Shown piece after piece: positions 60,358 through 64,000 of a stretch of DNA of 64,000 nucleotides (its first letter is position 1; the number at the start of each line of letters is the position of its first letter). The position numbers and the translations under genes were made by a program. The notes beneath the pieces are model-generated. The model was not told where the DNA came from and did not search any database. It saw only the letters and a list, made by a program, of their open reading frames with translations. The stretch covers positions 43,147,356-43,211,355 of the forward strand of contig NC_057728.1 in NCBI RefSeq assembly GCF_004010195.1, in the 5' to 3' direction. This stretch comes from Chiloscyllium plagiosum. Its lineage: Eukaryota.

Positions 60358-60984
60358 CATGGAAATAGCTCAGAACCCAAGTCTGTTTTGGTGGAAACTT
60401 CTGTAGTGTCAGAATAAACTTGTAGGCACATTTATGTGTACACAAATACGAAATAAATTTGCGGTAAATGCAACCTTTGTCATGTTTTCTATAATTTCTT
60501 CTCACAGAACCTTGAATGAGAGACTGCTGTTCAGTATTTAAGTGTCAACTGAGAGGATCTCAAACTATTTTTAAAGAAGAGTTGACAATACAAGATTAGG
60601 TATTTTCTGCCCATTTCTGGTGAGCTTTATATAAAATAAAACTGCTCAGCAATAAACCACTCTGAAATTTCCAGTAGCCTTATATGGAGAGCACAAACAA
60701 AATTCATATGGAATAGAGAATTCTAATTGTTCAACGTGATGCAATAAGTGTTCACTTTGCTTTTAAAATATACAGTTATAACAGACTATTATGATCTTAA
60801 CCTGAAATGAGTTGTTTGCCAGAAAATGGGAAAATGTTCTGAGAGATGGTGTGTCTCTCATCTTTTGCTGTTATGTCATCAGAAACCCTTAAGACACAGT
60901 GCAAATAGCTATTGAATCCTTTTGCATAAAGCGCAATTGAACAATCCACTTCATATTAGTTCATTGAAGTGACTTTCAAAACAG

Positions 60985-62384
60985 CACATGACAGTAGTAC
61001 TCTTTATTGACAGTGCAAAATAACTATATCACCATTAGCTTTGATTGAAATCAGGCAGTAAACAGATCTGGAACTAAACAGAAAGTGTTTGATCATACAA
61101 AAACAGCAAAAGAACAGCAAAGAGAAATAACTAAAGGACAATAAAGCTGAAGTCAAAGTAGCTGTAGCGTGCACCTAGAATATTAAAGCGATCACAATAT
61201 ATCTCAACCCTTCTTACAATTAAAGTGTAACAATATAACAAATAATACCACAAGCCAATAAATCTGATCAAATTTCTAACACTTTATATTTTTTTGCATA
61301 ACATTCTGTCTTTCAGTTACTTTGTCTAATAAAGTGAATTTAACAGTACAAAGTCTTTACAGGGCAAGCTTGGCAGACGCTTGCAAACAATTTGAGACAA
61401 TTCAACAAATGTCAAGTTATAAAGACTGAGGATTTGTTCTAAGTGGCAACACCAAATGTACTTGGTTGCAAAACTTTGCTCACATCTTGAGATCATAATA
61501 GCACAATTCTGACGAAAGCTGAAGAATAGAACTTGATCCACAAGTCAAATTAGTATTGGCTTGCAGAATAGATCCAGCAACAAAGTTTGCCATCATGGCT
61601 TGTAAACAGCAGTTTGGTATTGTACCATTGCAACGCTTTTCTGTTATTTGTATACAGTCTCATCACTTCAAATAAGACCACAAGCAAGTTTTTTTTTCTC
61701 TGTAATGTAAGGTTTTCAGATGTTCAAATCTGAATTGTGGCAGGATTCCAGCTTCAACTGCATGTTAAAAAGTTAGGAAAGTGACTAAAAGTACATTCCA
61801 AACTGCAATTGTTTACTAAATTCTTGTAAAAGTGACTGTTGTCTATGTATTAAATATCACAAATTCTATGGCAAATGGTGAGGTACAAACAGCAGAATTA
61901 TTTGACAATGAAGTGTGTTCTGATTAAACCCATATGTAAATTCTGTGTTTTTTTTGTTTTTAGAAAATATTTATATTCATTTACATACAACAAACATATA
62001 AATAAATACATACACAGTACATATGTTCAACCAGTAGTACACAAGAGTATTTTTATAAACTGAGTCAGGAACAAAAGACAGTGATATAATGTTGCTAAAA
62101 CACCTTCATTACTACACTGTAATGTCTGAAAAGGGTGAGTGCAGTGCTTTTTGTCAAATGTTTACTGAACAATATCAACTCAGTTGATAGTGAAATATAT
62201 TAAATTGACATTTACAAATCATAACCCTTAAATATGATAATATTTTCACAGGAATCATCTCTAAACTTTGCGACTGCTCCCCACCACCATCAATAACATC
62301 CAATTCATCCACTGGCAAATTGCTGTTGATTATATCAGTCTTCAAAGGCAATTTATGTTTTTCCATACAGGCATCAGGAATATA
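60985..62384 (-). other. probable terminal (mostly 3'UTR) exon of the convergent neighbouring gene, likely PPFIA2
   Basis: Minus strand has branch-like CTTAAC (62420-62415), then the pyrimidine tract cacctttctgttttttcAG (AG at 62386-62385). About 1.4 kb of repeat-free AT-rich sequence follows, ending with AATAAA (61008-61003) and a GT-rich downstream tract. Gene identity is inferred only from vertebrate ACSS3/PPFIA2 tail-to-tail synteny. Confidence 0.55.
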
Positions 62385-63759
62385 CTGAAAAAACAGAAAG
62401 GTGATTGTATTGTAGTTAAGTACATTGACAGACTTTCTAATTTTGCATTCTCCGAGCTGTCACCTTTCAGCGCAGTATATTCCTATTCATTTGTGTGCGT
62501 GTCATTTTCTGCATTCATAACACATTTATCTGAGAACTATATCCACCAATGTGAGTTTTTGTTTTATGCATACTTCAATGTTATATTATCTCAGTTGGCT
62601 ACACTCTTACCTGAGTCAGAAGCCTGTGGGTTCCAAGTCCCATTTTAAGCAGTTAAATACATAATCTAGGCTAAGACTGCAATTGTGATAGATGACAGCA
62701 CTCAGGTGAAAAGTTTCTCTCCTTATTAAAATAAATATAAAGGATTCCATTGGCAATATTGATTGAAGTCAGTGGCGCTCTCCTTGTATCCTGGTCAATA
62801 ATCTTCCCTCATTAACCATCAACAACAACAAAAAAATGAATTTGTTGTTTCAGAACATTACTGTGTGGAAATTAGCTGCCATATTTGTGCATGCAAAACA
62901 TTGAGTAGAATTTTCCAACCCTTTGGAAATAAAACCAACTAAGGCAATTAATTACCAAGTTATGGGCAAGCTTTTGTGCTATGATCATGTCTGAAGATGT
63001 AAATAAATGTTACTGCTAAAGTTGGTTATAACACAGCTTGTTTTTTAAAGAAAATCTCAATTCATTGTATTTAACCATATAAAGCTTTATGAAGTAGTGA
63101 GGCAGACAGATTACCTGCATTAACCAAAACAAGGAGTTAGTTTTATTGTACAACTCACTCAAGTGCAACGGTTATTAAAAGGTAAAGCCCATCCTGAATC
63201 CTGCAACTTACACAGATTGCAGTATGAATAATATCATAACACGTTATAGGGTGAAGGTGGTGGAATTAGAAAAAAAATTGAAGTCCATAAGTAAAAACAG
63301 TTCTACATTCCGATGTTACCTTGGTGGACTTGTAGTTCCAGTGGAGTTAGTTATCTATTGCTGTGATATATTCCAAAACGTATCAAAGACAAAGTACTAG
63401 ATTTGAATTGCAGAATGAGAGGATGCGGTTACATTTTTTGCAAGATTCTTGTTGTAACTATGACATTCTGCAGACTCTCCTGGATATTATTTTAAAAAAA
63501 ATAGCTTCCTGCCTTTTCCTAAACTTGCCATAAAAATGGCAGGTGTCAAACTGTACAGTTATAATCCTGAATAAATGTTCTGCTTGCCATTGTGATAGCA
63601 AAAGTGATTTGAGTATTAATACTGCAGCTATGATTTATAAATGATCTATCCCCCATCAGAAAAGAAGGTATTTAAGCCACAAGAAGGCTATTGTCTACTC
63701 AGGGTGACATAGACAAAATGTCTGCAGTTTCAGTTATATTAAATGGAAACCAATTAGAT

Positions 63760-64000
63760 AGCAATAAAACATGTGCTGGAGAAACTCAGCAGTTTCGCAA
63801 CATCTGTAGAGACAGATAAAGTTAATGTTTTGAATCCAGTATGGCTTCTTTGGCATTAAAAAAATTTGCAAATGTGATAGCTTGTATGCTATTGAAAAGG
63901 ACAAAGGGACATGTGGAAAAAAAGAAAGGGGAAAGGTTAGAGGCTGAGATAAATTAGAGATCAAAGATATCTTAGAACAAAAGGGGTAGTGGTTACGGAG
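63760..64000 (-). mobile_element. old Penelope-type terminal-repeat remnant (similar decayed copies at about 16460-16700 and 28850-29300)
   Basis: gctggagaaactcagcag..catctgtagagacaga..gttaatgtttt resembles the 33058-33150 motif. Confidence 0.45.

Noticed and set aside
62590..62960. Possible ancient Deu-domain SINE
   Set aside because: Only a weak head-like resemblance; too decayed to support without alignment.

Overview
Eukaryotic, repeat-rich vertebrate DNA, almost certainly an elasmobranch (shark), inferred from multiple HE1-type V-SINEs. The + strand carries 15 coding exons (exons 2-16 by analogy to the mammalian gene; exon 1 lies upstream of the window) of an intact ACSS3 gene (acyl-CoA synthetase short-chain family member 3). 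The exons span 5922-54864, all have AG/GT boundaries, and they splice into one 1762-nt stop-free frame. A probable minus-strand terminal exon of the convergent neighbour (likely PPFIA2 by synteny) lies at about 60985-62384. The introns are packed with CR1 and L2 LINEs, SINEs, Gypsy and Copia LTR remnants, and Penelope-like elements (PLEs). Main highlights: (1) all four Gypsy LTR copies in intron 8 carry 5'-truncated, poly(A)-tailed, probably Tx1-clade LINE inserts at the same site (ACTCCTGTT, next to the LTR TATA-like box), always in the LTR's transcriptional orientation, which suggests a site-specific hyperparasite. (2) At least three PLE families carry minimal hammerhead-ribozyme motifs with palindromic helix-III tetramers (ACGU or AGCU). 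(3) A 38-bp array of about 50 apparently identical copies is built from PLE reverse-transcriptase coding sequence. (4) There is a multi-level nested insertion series with readable target-site duplications (TSDs). Family names come from motif recognition, not database searches.
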